Virus record (IMG/VR): IMGVR_UViG_3300028197_000003
Coordinates: 32,001 to 96,000 of that record
Origin: a virus
Length of the DNA stretch: 64,000 nt
Reading direction: 5' to 3' (one strand)
Notes under the pieces: model-generated
The model's database searches: none
What the model saw: only the letters and a program-made list of their open reading frames with translations
Told to the model about the DNA's origin: nothing
Translations under genes and position numbers: made by a program
Shown here: positions 1 through 9,487 of the stretch, piece by piece
How the letters are laid out: every line of letters begins with the position of its first letter
Position numbering within the stretch: position 1 is the first letter of the stretch

Positions 1-5
1 GCACT

Positions 6-3000
6 GTGCTAAAACCAAATACACAGCACTTTGCATATTGGAATGGTACTGATATGACAGATGATAACTCATATGTTGTACCTAAACTGATTGAGGTTAC
101 TCCTGGAAGTGGTTCTTTCCAGATCGGTGAAGCAATCCGTGGATATGCTTTTAGCAATCAAGTAAACAGTCAAGGATTTGACATTCGTTTCCGTCTTGCT
201 TCACCAAACCATAAGGATGGTCCATTCAATTCTCCGACCATCATTTATAACCAAAACCCATACAACACTAATGTGGGTCTGTCTTCTGCATACTCTGAGA
301 CTACTACCGTACTGAACGTTGACACTCAGGCATTGAACCAAAAGTCTGATGCTAATTTCTTTGGCACTCTGCAGACTGGTATGGTTTTGGTAGGAGAGTC
401 CAGTGGTGCTCAAGCAACTGTTGCAGATGTTCGTCTGATTACTGACGAAACTGGATGTGTCCAAGGTTGTTATTACATCCCAGGAGACCTGTTCAGGGAC
501 GGGGATCACACTGCATCAATGCGTCAAGTTCGTCCTGAGAATTTGATTCCTGGTAAGAACGTTAGTATTACTAGTTCTGAGTTCTTCAGTGAAGGTTTTG
601 AGATCACTGAGACAACTGTGATCAGAACAGAACCTGCTCTGCCTGAACCAGTGATCAACAACATTACTAATATTACTAACAATACTACAAATAACATCAC
701 CAATGTTACAAATAACGTTCGTAACGTCCAGAACGTCCAGAATGTTACAAACGTTACAAACGTTCAGGAGAACAACAACGACGATCCTTTGGCACAGTCC
801 TTTGTAGTTACTGATAGTCCTGGTATTTTCATGACTGGTGTGGATATGTTCTTCCAGAGCAGATCTGAAACCATTCCACTCAAGGTTCGTATTGTTCCTT
901 TGGAAAATGGTTATCCTTCTGTGAAGGTGATGAAGCATAGTGAAGTTGAATTGAACCCAGATCAAGTCAATATTTCTAACAACGGTTCTGTTCCTACTCG
1001 CTTTACTTTCCCTGCACCTGTCTACCTGCCTGCAGGTGACTATGCTTTCTATCTTGGTTCTGCATCTGGTGATTATGACGCCTGGATTTCTCAGGTGGGT
1101 GAATCAGACATCAACACTCTGAACATCAACCAGTTCCAAAAAGTTGTAGTTGCTAAGCAACCTGCTCAAGGGTCTTTGTTCAAAGCACAGAGCAACAACA
1201 CCTGGACTGCTTCACAGTTAGAAGACTTGAAGTATGTGTCTTATAAAGCAAAGTTCACTGCAAATACAGCAAGCATTCGACTTTATAATCCACAACTAAA
1301 TCTCTACGGCACAAGAAACAAACTTCCAACTAACCCAGTTGAAACATTTGCTAAGCGGGTGTTTGTTGGTCTATCCTCCGGTATGGAGAACAACCCTCAT
1401 ATCGTTGAGGGAACCATCGTGTCTCAAGCAAATAACACTACCGCTCGCGGTGTGGTTGCTGAGAAATTATCTCACCTGGGAGTTGCTGCAAACACAATCA
1501 AAATCACTAATTCGGGTTCTGATTATGAAGATGGCACTTACAGCAACGTTTCTTTACTGACCGTCACTGGTCGTGGTCTGTCTGGAGTTGGCATTGTAAC
1601 CGTCAGTAGTGGTGCTATCACCCAAGCAACCGTCAAGGGATTCCAAACTGGAGAAGGTTATAAAGTTGGTGATACTCTGACTGCCAACCTTGGTACTAAG
1701 GGTCTAGGAAACAACCTTCTTCTAACTGTTGGTGTTACCACTGCTGTTAGTGGTTTGGTCTTGACCAATGTGTCAGGTTCTGATTTCAATACTAGTGATG
1801 CAGTCTCTTATATTCCTACTGCTGGTGCTGGTGTTGGTATTGCTTCAGTGCAGGGGGCAATTGTTCCTGACACTGTAACTATCAATACTGATGAGTACGA
1901 TGGTCGCCATTTCAAGGTCAACCATCCCAATCATGGTAACCACTCTGGCACATCGTTTGTGACTCTAGAAGGCATTACTGGTGACAGTGTTCCTACTCGC
2001 CTCAGTGTTGGTTATGCCGCAAGTGTCACCTCTGTTGTGAGTGTGGCAAGCAGTATTGGATTCAACATGTTTGAAGGTGCTCAAGTCACTCCTAGCAATC
2101 CCGGTTTTGCCGTGATTGGTGATGAGATCATCAGTTACACATCTGTTGGTACCAACCAACTGACAGGAACAATTACTCGTAACATTGATAACTCTATTGT
2201 TATGAACCATGAAATTGATGCTCCTGTTCAGAAGTATGAACTTGCTGGCGTCTCCCTCCGTAAGATCAATAAGCAGCATAATTTCACTGATGTCGCTAAT
2301 TCTATTGATGGCAAAATCGGTTTTGATTATTATTATCTGAAGCATGGTGGTAGTAACTTCTTTGCTAAAGATAAAATTGGTGGTGGTGATCGTGGACGTG
2401 GTTCTGCAAACATTGCATTTGATACCGTCAACCCTAACATTGCTCATAGTGCTCCTACCGGCACACAAGTGACAGGCAAAATACGTACCACTTCTGGTAC
2501 TAGTGTGGACGGTTCTGAGGCATCATTCTTGGATCAAGGATTTGAGGACATTTCTTTACTTGGCAAAACTGAGTTCAAAACTACTCGAATCATCGCTTCC
2601 CGCGATAATGAGCAACAGAAGAATACCTTGCTGACTTTGCCTGGTGCTAAGTCCTTCACTTTTGAAGCAACTATGAGTAGTGATAATGAGAATGTGTCTC
2701 CTGTAATTGACGTATTCAAGTCATCTATCCTTACAGAATCTAATCGGATCAACAATCCCGTTTCTAACTATAAGACTGACCGTCGTACTAATGGAACTGA
2801 AGATCCTCACAATATGATCTATCAGACAAAGGAAGTTCTCCTTGAGAACCCTTCCACTTCTCTGAAAGTTCTCTTCGCTACCAACCGCCCTGCTGCAAGT
2901 GACATTCGTGTCTTGTATCGTTTGAAGCGTGAAGACGCTGCTGACTTTGATAAGGTGTTTGAACTGATGCCTGGTTTCAGCAACCTGGATTCGGATGGTG

Positions 3001-3200
3001 ACATCCTCAACGCGAAGAACAACGATGGTAAGACCGACAAGAAGACTTCTGCAAGTCTTGAGGGTCACTTCAATGAGTACGAGTACACCGCAAACAACGT
3101 TCCTGCTTTTACAGCATTCCAAGTGAAGATTGTATTCAATAGCACGAACTCTGCAGAGGCACCCAAACTTCTAGATTTCCGCACCATTGCAGTTGCATAA
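6..3200 (+). CDS. Large virion structural protein, tail/baseplate-associated cyanophage type; probably 5'-truncated by the window edge
   Basis: 1064-aa ORF rich in G/T/S/N; DPLAQSF motif and C-terminal PxLxDFRxIAxA recalled from large T4-like cyanophage structural proteins; no ATG start in the window. Confidence 0.7.
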   Translation: MLKPNTQHFAYWNGTDMTDDNSYVVPKLIEVTPGSGSFQIGEAIRGYAFSNQVNSQGFDIRFRLASPNHKDGPFNSPTIIYNQNPYNTNVGLSSAYSETTTVLNVDTQALNQKSDANFFGTLQTGMVLVGESSGAQATVADVRLITDETGCVQGCYYIPGDLFRDGDHTASMRQVRPENLIPGKNVSITSSEFFSEGFEITETTVIRTEPALPEPVINNITNITNNTTNNITNVTNNVRNVQNVQNVTNVTNVQENNNDDPLAQSFVVTDSPGIFMTGVDMFFQSRSETIPLKVRIVPLENGYPSVKVMKHSEVELNPDQVNISNNGSVPTRFTFPAPVYLPAGDYAFYLGSASGDYDAWISQVGESDINTLNINQFQKVVVAKQPAQGSLFKAQSNNTWTASQLEDLKYVSYKAKFTANTASIRLYNPQLNLYGTRNKLPTNPVETFAKRVFVGLSSGMENNPHIVEGTIVSQANNTTARGVVAEKLSHLGVAANTIKITNSGSDYEDGTYSNVSLLTVTGRGLSGVGIVTVSSGAITQATVKGFQTGEGYKVGDTLTANLGTKGLGNNLLLTVGVTTAVSGLVLTNVSGSDFNTSDAVSYIPTAGAGVGIASVQGAIVPDTVTINTDEYDGRHFKVNHPNHGNHSGTSFVTLEGITGDSVPTRLSVGYAASVTSVVSVASSIGFNMFEGAQVTPSNPGFAVIGDEIISYTSVGTNQLTGTITRNIDNSIVMNHEIDAPVQKYELAGVSLRKINKQHNFTDVANSIDGKIGFDYYYLKHGGSNFFAKDKIGGGDRGRGSANIAFDTVNPNIAHSAPTGTQVTGKIRTTSGTSVDGSEASFLDQGFEDISLLGKTEFKTTRIIASRDNEQQKNTLLTLPGAKSFTFEATMSSDNENVSPVIDVFKSSILTESNRINNPVSNYKTDRRTNGTEDPHNMIYQTKEVLLENPSTSLKVLFATNRPAASDIRVLYRLKREDAADFDKVFELMPGFSNLDSDGDILNAKNNDGKTDKKTSASLEGHFNEYEYTANNVPAFTAFQVKIVFNSTNSAEAPKLLDFRTIAVA
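723..767 (+). repeat. Five tandem 9-nt units encoding N-V-(Q/T)
   Basis: aacgtccag aacgtccag aatgttaca aacgttaca aacgttcag. Confidence 0.9.
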
Positions 3201-3332
3201 ATGAAAGATCAAAGCGATCGTAAGGTCGCTAAGAGAATCATCAAACTTGCAAAGAAAAATCCGGAGTATTACACTCCGGAAGAAATACTTTATGCTAAAA
3301 TGATCAAACGTGTAAATAAAAAGAAAAAATGA
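3201..3332 (+). CDS. Small basic hypothetical protein (43 aa)
   Basis: Not in ORF track; ATG directly after upstream TAA; MKDQSDRKVAKRIIKLAKKNPEYYTPEEILYAKMIKRVNKKKK. Confidence 0.7.
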   Translation: MKDQSDRKVAKRIIKLAKKNPEYYTPEEILYAKMIKRVNKKKK

Positions 3333-3359
3333 GTTGGGGTTTTCTCTGGGAGTTTCTCT

Positions 3360-3554
3360 ATGAACAAGAAGATCAAGGTGAAGGATCATCCGAATCTAGT
3401 GAGGGATCCGAATAATAACGCTATTGTATCCACAGACAAAAGAGGATACCAAAAATATATTGCTGAACGTGAAGAAAAAATTAGCAAAAATAATAAAATT
3501 GCAGAGTTGGAAAAACGACTAGCATATCTAGAGAAAGTATTACTTGAAAGGTGA
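3360..3554 (+). CDS. Hypothetical protein (64 aa)
   Basis: ATG ORF with GGGAG upstream; coiled-coil-like C-terminus. Confidence 0.75.
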   Translation: MNKKIKVKDHPNLVRDPNNNAIVSTDKRGYQKYIAEREEKISKNNKIAELEKRLAYLEKVLLER

Positions 3555-3556
3555 AC

Positions 3557-3564
3557 TATAAATA
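3557..3564 (+). promoter_or_regulatory. T4-type late promoter TATAAATA
   Basis: Exact gp55 consensus about 22 nt before ORF 3587. Confidence 0.85.
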
Positions 3565-3586
3565 ATAGTACCAAAGAACTCGGAAA

Positions 3587-3922
3587 ATGGCAGTCCCCGT
3601 CGTCAATATTCAAATTGAACAGGGGACTCATTTTTCCGCGACATATAATATTACTGGAGCTGATGGGAATCCTTTAGACCTTTCTAATCATAGCATTTCA
3701 GCTAAGATGGGTAAGTATGAAGGTTCTCAAGGTATTGGATTTGGTGTAACTTTCGGTGGCACTCCTTCCCAAGGTAAAATTACTATATCACTTACTGATG
3801 TAGTAAGTGGTATTGTCACTTCTGGTAGATATAATTATGATGTTTTGGCTAAGAATGATATTACCGGAAAGTCCACAAAAGTAATTAGTGGGCAGGCTCA
3901 AGTAAATGCGACGATTACCTGA
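3587..3922 (+). CDS. Small beta-rich virion/baseplate-associated protein
   Basis: 111 aa; IxIEQGxxF...DL...GRYxYDVL pattern of phage baseplate-upper-like domains; late promoter. Confidence 0.55.
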   Translation: MAVPVVNIQIEQGTHFSATYNITGADGNPLDLSNHSISAKMGKYEGSQGIGFGVTFGGTPSQGKITISLTDVVSGIVTSGRYNYDVLAKNDITGKSTKVISGQAQVNATIT

Positions 3923-4302
3923 TGGAAAACCAGTATTTCGTATCACTTTCAAGCGATGGTGGTTTTGCAGTTTCTTTATCTGATGATGGTCTTGCTGCAT
4001 TAGAAGCAGGATCTTTTTCAGTTTCTTTGCAATCTTTAGGAGATACATCTAGTGGAGGAGGAGGTGTGAGTCGGTTATTCAATCTTGATGATGTCAACAC
4101 AACTAATTTGACTGGAGCAACTGACAAGTTTGTTCTAATTTATGATGGTCCATCAAACTCTTTCAAGTTTGTAAACCCAGATGAGGTTGTTGACAATGCA
4201 ATTGCTGACTCACCGGGTCCCGCAGGACTTACTGATACTGCTATTGACTATCTTGACACTGCCCTTGATGACAAGATAGATCTAGATGGTGGAACTTTCT
4301 GA
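3922..4302 (+). CDS. Hypothetical fibre-associated protein
   Basis: 126 aa; start overlaps upstream stop; ends IDLDGGTF. Confidence 0.65.
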   Translation: MENQYFVSLSSDGGFAVSLSDDGLAALEAGSFSVSLQSLGDTSSGGGGVSRLFNLDDVNTTNLTGATDKFVLIYDGPSNSFKFVNPDEVVDNAIADSPGPAGLTDTAIDYLDTALDDKIDLDGGTF

Positions 4303-4315
4303 GTAGTTCTACTTC

Positions 4316-4321
4316 TAAATA
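4316..4321 (+). promoter_or_regulatory. Late promoter TAAATA
   Basis: Core late motif upstream of the 1430-aa fibre gene. Confidence 0.7.
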
Positions 4322-4379
4322 TAGAAGATGAATGCATTCGTGATTCTTCAGTGAATATTCAAAATCACAAATAAAGTAA

Positions 4380-7300
4380 ATGGCTGCACCTGTTTTACAG
4401 TTCAAGCGCGGTAGTCTTGCCGCCCTCCCCGGTCTGCAGGCTGGCGAACCCGGTTGGGTGACCGACAGTTATGACCTTTTTGTGGGTATTGACTCCAATA
4501 CAAGTAACAATAAAGTTGTTGGATCTGCTCGTTACTGGACCCGCGAAGGCACTACATCTGGTAGTGCAGTCCGGATGGTTGAGGGTACGAACAACGGACA
4601 ACACTACGTCTCTTTAGGTGCTCCTGCCGCACTAACTTCTAGTGAGGAGTATATCCTTCCTGCCGCTGCTGTAGCAGGCGGGTACATGAAGGTAGACGGA
4701 TCAGGCAATATGTCCTGGTCTACAGAAATTGATATTGATACCCCTCTCTCGGTGTTGGACATCGACGGTGGTACTGATATTGGTGCTGACCTGGCTGATG
4801 GCGACCTCCTGATTGTTGATGACGGCGGCGGAGGGACGAACCGAAAGACGGCACTGTCTCGCGTCAAGACTTATGTTCTTGGTGGTGGTGCTGGTGCTAG
4901 TTTTGCTGCTATCAATGTTTCTGGCATTGGTTCTATTGCTTTTGTCAAGAGCAGCACTGGTACCTTTACTGGTGTCGTTACTGCCTCTTCCTTTGACGGC
5001 GACCTTGCTACTAGCAACCTGACTGGTACGGTTGCTAATAATCAACTTACTAATAGTACAGTTTCTTTTGGTGGCATTTCACTGGCACTGGGTGCCGCTG
5101 ATGCTACTCCTGCTTTCAACCTGCAAGATGCAACCGGTTATCTGACTTCCAACTTGGTTGGAACGATCACCAATGCTCAGTTGGCTGGTTCGATTGTTGA
5201 TGGCAAACTAAATCAGATCACATCTGCTAATAAGGTTGATGTTTCTGCTATTGACATTGATGGTGCTACCGACATCGGTGCTGACCTAGTTGATGCTGAT
5301 CTTCTGGTTGTAGATGACGGTGCTGGTGGCACCAACCGTAAGACGGCAATGTCCCGCGTCAAGGATTATGTCCTTGGTGGTGGTGCTGGTGCAAAATTCG
5401 TAAACCTCCAGGCAACTGGCATTACGACCACCGTCCAGTTACAAACAGTTGACATCAATGTGTCTGCTGGTGCAACTGTTACCGGTGCTCTTGATGTTGA
5501 TGGTGGTGCAAACATTGCTTCTGGTCTGACCGTAACTGGTGGACTGACTGCAAACTCCGCAATTGTTTCTGACCTGACTGACGGTCGTGTCGTTCTTGCT
5601 GGTACTTCTGGAGAACTGGAAGACAGTGGCAACCTGACCTTCAACGGTTCAACTCTTGCTGTAACGGGTGCTGCAACTGTATCCACAAATCTAGGAGTTT
5701 CTGGAGAGGCAACTCTTGCTTCTGCCACCATTAGTGACCTGACCGATAACCGGGTTCTGATTGCTGGTACTGCTGGTGCAGTTGAAGACAGCGGCAACCT
5801 GACCTTCGACGGTTCTGATCTGGGCGTGACCGGTGATGTCACCGCTTCAGGCACTGTCCAAGCTGCAAACGTCACTGCTACTACCGCAGCAACTCTTGCT
5901 TCTGCTGCTGTCCAAGACCTGACTAATGGTCGGGTGGTTCTGGCAGGTGCTGGTGGTGAACTGGGTGATGACTCTGGTCTTACCTACGGTGACAACGATC
6001 TCCGTGTTACTGGTGGCATCAACGCTACTGGTATTGCCTCTGCTACCTCGTTTGCAACGGGTGCTGAAGGTTCTGCAATCATTGTTACCAGTGACACGAT
6101 CACTGGTCCTTCTTCGATCACCCTTGACCCTGCTGCTCTCAACGACAACAGCGGTACGGTGTTCATTCTAGGTGACCTGCAAGTCAAGGGCACCACGACT
6201 CAAGTTGACTCCACCACGGTTTCTGTTGCCGACTTGGCAATCGAAGTTGCTAAGGGTGCTGCCAACGATGCTGCTGCCAACGGTGGTGGTTTCACGGTTG
6301 ATTCAGGTGATGGTGACAAGACCTTCCACTTTGAAGCACTGGGTGACAACTTCGGTTCTTCTGAAAACCTGAACCTCGCTTCTGGCAAAGTCCTCAAGGT
6401 CGCCAACACTGAGATTCTGAGTGCTGCTGCACTTGCTTCTAGCGTTAGCGTTGACGTTGCTTCCATCAACTTGGATGGTGCAACTGCAATCGGTGCTGAC
6501 CTGGTTGACGCTGATCTCTTCCTGGTTGACGACGGTGCAGGCGGAACGAACCGCAAAATCACTGCTACTGAGATCAAGGATTACATGCTCGGCGGTGGTG
6601 CCGGTGCAAACTTCGCTGCAATCAACGTCTCCGGTATTTCTACCGTTGGGTTCGCTGAAGCTACAACCCTGAAGGTTGGTGCTGGTGCGACTGTCACGGG
6701 TGCTCTTGACGTAGACGGCGGTGCTAACATCGCTAGTGGTTTGGTTGCAAACTCCGCTAAAGTTTCTGACCTAACTTCTGGTCGCGTCGTTCTTGCTGGT
6801 ACTGACGGTGAGATCCAAGACAGCGGCAACCTGACCTTCGATGGTTCTACTGTCGGCGTCACTGGCGGCATCACCGTCTCTGGTGCTGTTGATGCAAACG
6901 GCGGCATGGATGTCGCTGGTGGTTTCGTCGCCAACTCTGCTAAGGTCTCTGACCTGACCTCTGGTCGCATTGTCCTTGCTGGCACTGCTGGCGAACTGGA
7001 AGACAACAGTGCACTTACCTTCAACGGATCAACCTTTGCTGTCACGGGTGCTGCAACTGTCAGCACTAACCTAACGGTTACTCAAGAACTGAGTGCTCGC
7101 GACGCTTCACTACGTAACGTAGTTTCCAGTGGTGTAATTACAGCAACCAACCTTCGCAACGCTGCTGCTGGTCTGCTTCCTCTGGTTGGTGTATCCAGTG
7201 CTTCTGGTCACACCGGCATCGTTACCGGATTCAAGTTCAACGGTACTGGCGTTGAAGCATACAAGGTTGAAGATGGCACTGCAACTGTCACCCTGTCGGG

Positions 7301-8672
7301 TGTTGCTGCTACTACCTTCACTTCAAGCAACACTATTGTTGCTACTCAAGGTCAAACTTCTTTCACCGTTGCCTCTGGTTTCCAAGAAGGTTTCTGTGAT
7401 GTCTATCACAACGGTGTTCGCCTGATCACCGGAACTGACTACACCCAAGGCGTTGATGGTCAGACCATTACTATCAACTCTGGTGCTACCGTTGGTGACG
7501 AACTTGAGTTTGTTGCCTGGAAGTCACTGGGTGACATTGTAAACATTGCATCACTCAAGACTGCCGGTAACCTAACGGTATCTGGTGTTGCAACTGCTAC
7601 TGGCGGTTTCGTTGGTAACCTTACTGGTGATGTCACCGGTACGGTTAGTAGTGGTAGTGGTTTAGGTGCAGGCACTGTTCCTCTAACTTCTCTGGATATC
7701 GACGGTGGTGCTGATATCGGTGCTGACCTGGTTGACGCTGATCTGCTGATCGTTGACGACGGTGCTGGCGGCACTAACAAAAAGACAGCACTGTCTCGCG
7801 TCAAGTCCTACGTGCTTGGCGGTGGATCTGGTGCAACATTTGCCGCGATCAACGTCACGGGTATTGCCACTAACACCTTCCTGCAATCTACCACCGCAAA
7901 CGTGGGTGCTGGACTGACAGTTGGCGGTGCAATTGACGGAAACGGCGGTGCAAACATCTCTGGTGGTGAGACCGTCCTTTCTTCCGCAACAGTCTCCGAT
8001 CTGACCGATGGTCGCATCGTAGTCGCGGGTGGATCTGGTGCTCTGGGAGATGACAGCAACCTCACCTGGGACGGATCAACCCTAGGAGTTGGTGGTGCTA
8101 TCAGCGGTTCCGGTGGTGCAAGCATCTCCGGCGGTGAAACCGTCATGTCCTCCGCTACAGTCTCTGACCTGACTTCTGGTCGTGTCGTGCTCGCGGGTGG
8201 ATCTGGTGCTCTCCAAGACAACGGTGGTCTGACTTACGACGGTTCTACCCTCGCAGTCACTGGTGCAGTAACCGTTAGCACCAACATGACCGTTAGCGGT
8301 GACCTGGTTGTTGAAGGTTCTACTACCCAGATCAACACAACCAACACCACAATCGAAGACGTTCTGCTTGAACTGCAGAAAGTAGACGGTGGTAACCTCA
8401 GTGCTGATACCAACAAAGACGTTGGTATCGTAATGAACTACTACAGCGGATCCGCTAAGAAGGCAGCAGTCTTCTGGGATGATTCTGCTGGACGTTTCGC
8501 TCTCGCAAGCGAGGCAACTGAGTCCGCAGGCGTCTTGGGTAGCATTACCTACGCTGGTCTGGAAGTTGGTTCCCTGTACCTGAATGACTGTGCTGGTCAG
8601 TCTCAAGTGATCTCCTGCTCCGGCACGACTCGCTCTCTTGAGAACATCACCATCGACGGGGGATCGTTCTGA
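4380..8672 (+). CDS. Long repetitive tail-fibre-like structural protein
   Basis: 1430 aa, G/A/T/S/D-rich; N-terminal LQFKRG...GEPG motif; two families of internal repeats. Confidence 0.8.
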   Translation: MAAPVLQFKRGSLAALPGLQAGEPGWVTDSYDLFVGIDSNTSNNKVVGSARYWTREGTTSGSAVRMVEGTNNGQHYVSLGAPAALTSSEEYILPAAAVAGGYMKVDGSGNMSWSTEIDIDTPLSVLDIDGGTDIGADLADGDLLIVDDGGGGTNRKTALSRVKTYVLGGGAGASFAAINVSGIGSIAFVKSSTGTFTGVVTASSFDGDLATSNLTGTVANNQLTNSTVSFGGISLALGAADATPAFNLQDATGYLTSNLVGTITNAQLAGSIVDGKLNQITSANKVDVSAIDIDGATDIGADLVDADLLVVDDGAGGTNRKTAMSRVKDYVLGGGAGAKFVNLQATGITTTVQLQTVDINVSAGATVTGALDVDGGANIASGLTVTGGLTANSAIVSDLTDGRVVLAGTSGELEDSGNLTFNGSTLAVTGAATVSTNLGVSGEATLASATISDLTDNRVLIAGTAGAVEDSGNLTFDGSDLGVTGDVTASGTVQAANVTATTAATLASAAVQDLTNGRVVLAGAGGELGDDSGLTYGDNDLRVTGGINATGIASATSFATGAEGSAIIVTSDTITGPSSITLDPAALNDNSGTVFILGDLQVKGTTTQVDSTTVSVADLAIEVAKGAANDAAANGGGFTVDSGDGDKTFHFEALGDNFGSSENLNLASGKVLKVANTEILSAAALASSVSVDVASINLDGATAIGADLVDADLFLVDDGAGGTNRKITATEIKDYMLGGGAGANFAAINVSGISTVGFAEATTLKVGAGATVTGALDVDGGANIASGLVANSAKVSDLTSGRVVLAGTDGEIQDSGNLTFDGSTVGVTGGITVSGAVDANGGMDVAGGFVANSAKVSDLTSGRIVLAGTAGELEDNSALTFNGSTFAVTGAATVSTNLTVTQELSARDASLRNVVSSGVITATNLRNAAAGLLPLVGVSSASGHTGIVTGFKFNGTGVEAYKVEDGTATVTLSGVAATTFTSSNTIVATQGQTSFTVASGFQEGFCDVYHNGVRLITGTDYTQGVDGQTITINSGATVGDELEFVAWKSLGDIVNIASLKTAGNLTVSGVATATGGFVGNLTGDVTGTVSSGSGLGAGTVPLTSLDIDGGADIGADLVDADLLIVDDGAGGTNKKTALSRVKSYVLGGGSGATFAAINVTGIATNTFLQSTTANVGAGLTVGGAIDGNGGANISGGETVLSSATVSDLTDGRIVVAGGSGALGDDSNLTWDGSTLGVGGAISGSGGASISGGETVMSSATVSDLTSGRVVLAGGSGALQDNGGLTYDGSTLAVTGAVTVSTNMTVSGDLVVEGSTTQINTTNTTIEDVLLELQKVDGGNLSADTNKDVGIVMNYYSGSAKKAAVFWDDSAGRFALASEATESAGVLGSITYAGLEVGSLYLNDCAGQSQVISCSGTTRSLENITIDGGSF
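4758..8270 (+). repeat. Intragenic protein repeats: 4 copies of a ~58-aa unit and 7 copies of a ~38-aa unit
   Basis: DGxxxIGADLxDxDLxxVDDGxGGTNxK units begin at 4758, 5253, 6468 and 7695; SAxVxDLTxxRxxxAGxxG...LT(F/Y/W) units occur seven times. Confidence 0.9.
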
Positions 8673-8676
8673 TAGG

Positions 8677-8682
8677 TAAATA
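8677..8682 (+). promoter_or_regulatory. Late promoter TAAATA
   Basis: Just after the fibre stop codon, upstream of the hairpin. Confidence 0.5.
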
Positions 8683-8697
8683 AAAACCTGATATATA

Positions 8698-8722
8698 GGG
8701 GGAGTTGACTCCCCCTTTTTTT
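8698..8722 (+). terminator. Rho-independent terminator
   Basis: GGGGGAG-ttga-CTCCCCC followed by T7. Confidence 0.9.
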
Positions 8723-8941
8723 ATGGAAAAAGAACAAGAACTGCAAAATCTTTTGCAAATCTATGTGAAAAGACTTTCAGATGAAACTGCTAGATCAGTT
8801 GCATATGAAGCACGCATTGGTGTGATGGGTCAACAGTTACAAATGATGGCAGAAGAAATTCAAAGACTTCGTCCAGCACCTGGAGATGCAGGACAGTTCC
8901 CTGAACCTAAAACTGGAGTTGGTAAAACAACTAAAAAATAA
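8723..8941 (+). CDS. Hypothetical coiled-coil protein (72 aa)
   Basis: ATG at 8723; the track's TTG 8705 lies inside the hairpin. Confidence 0.7.
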   Translation: MEKEQELQNLLQIYVKRLSDETARSVAYEARIGVMGQQLQMMAEEIQRLRPAPGDAGQFPEPKTGVGKTTKK

Positions 8942-9474
8942 TGGAGTCATATTTTGGCGGCATTTGGAAGGATGACTATGTTGGTCAACTGAAGCACTCA
9001 GGAGACGCTGTAGTCGATTACATCAATAAGTTATCTCCATCTAGTGTATTGGATGTAGGATGCGGTTACAACCGCCTCAAGGACCGTGTACCGGGGTTAG
9101 TTGGTATTGATCCATATAACAAAGAGGCACACTTACATATGTCTCTGGAGGAATACTATGAGTATGAATTTCCACCTGCTGATGTTGTTCTCTGTCTAGG
9201 ATCAATCAACTTCGGAACTGAAGAAGATATTGATAAACAGATTAGTATGTTAGATAAATTGTTTCTAAAAGATATTATTTTTAGGGTCAATCCAGGTATT
9301 GCTCATGATTGGGCAAATACTAATATTGATCAGATACAATGGTATGATTGGAACATTGAAAAGATAAATAAAATTACTGAAGAATACCAATACAATTTGA
9401 TATCACTGAAAGAAGAAACTACTTCTCAAGGACATCTAAGGTATTTTTTTCATTATGCTAAATACTCACGTTGA
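8941..9474 (+). CDS. Class I SAM-dependent methyltransferase
   Basis: Motif I VLDVGCG, acidic GIDP, DVVLCLGSI. Confidence 0.75.
   Translation: MESYFGGIWKDDYVGQLKHSGDAVVDYINKLSPSSVLDVGCGYNRLKDRVPGLVGIDPYNKEAHLHMSLEEYYEYEFPPADVVLCLGSINFGTEEDIDKQISMLDKLFLKDIIFRVNPGIAHDWANTNIDQIQWYDWNIEKINKITEEYQYNLISLKEETTSQGHLRYFFHYAKYSR
9459..9464 (+). promoter_or_regulatory. Late promoter TAAATA for the ferritin-like gene
   Basis: 23 nt before ATG 9488; purine-rich GAAAGGAA RBS between them. Confidence 0.65.
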
Positions 9475-9487
9475 AAGGAAATCCAAA

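Noticed and set aside
4395-8606. Many antisense and alternative-frame ORFs over the long fibre gene, and similarly over gp18, gp22 and gp23
   Set aside because: Shadow ORFs produced by strong GCT/GGT/ACT codon bias; no promoters, RBS or recognisable motifs.
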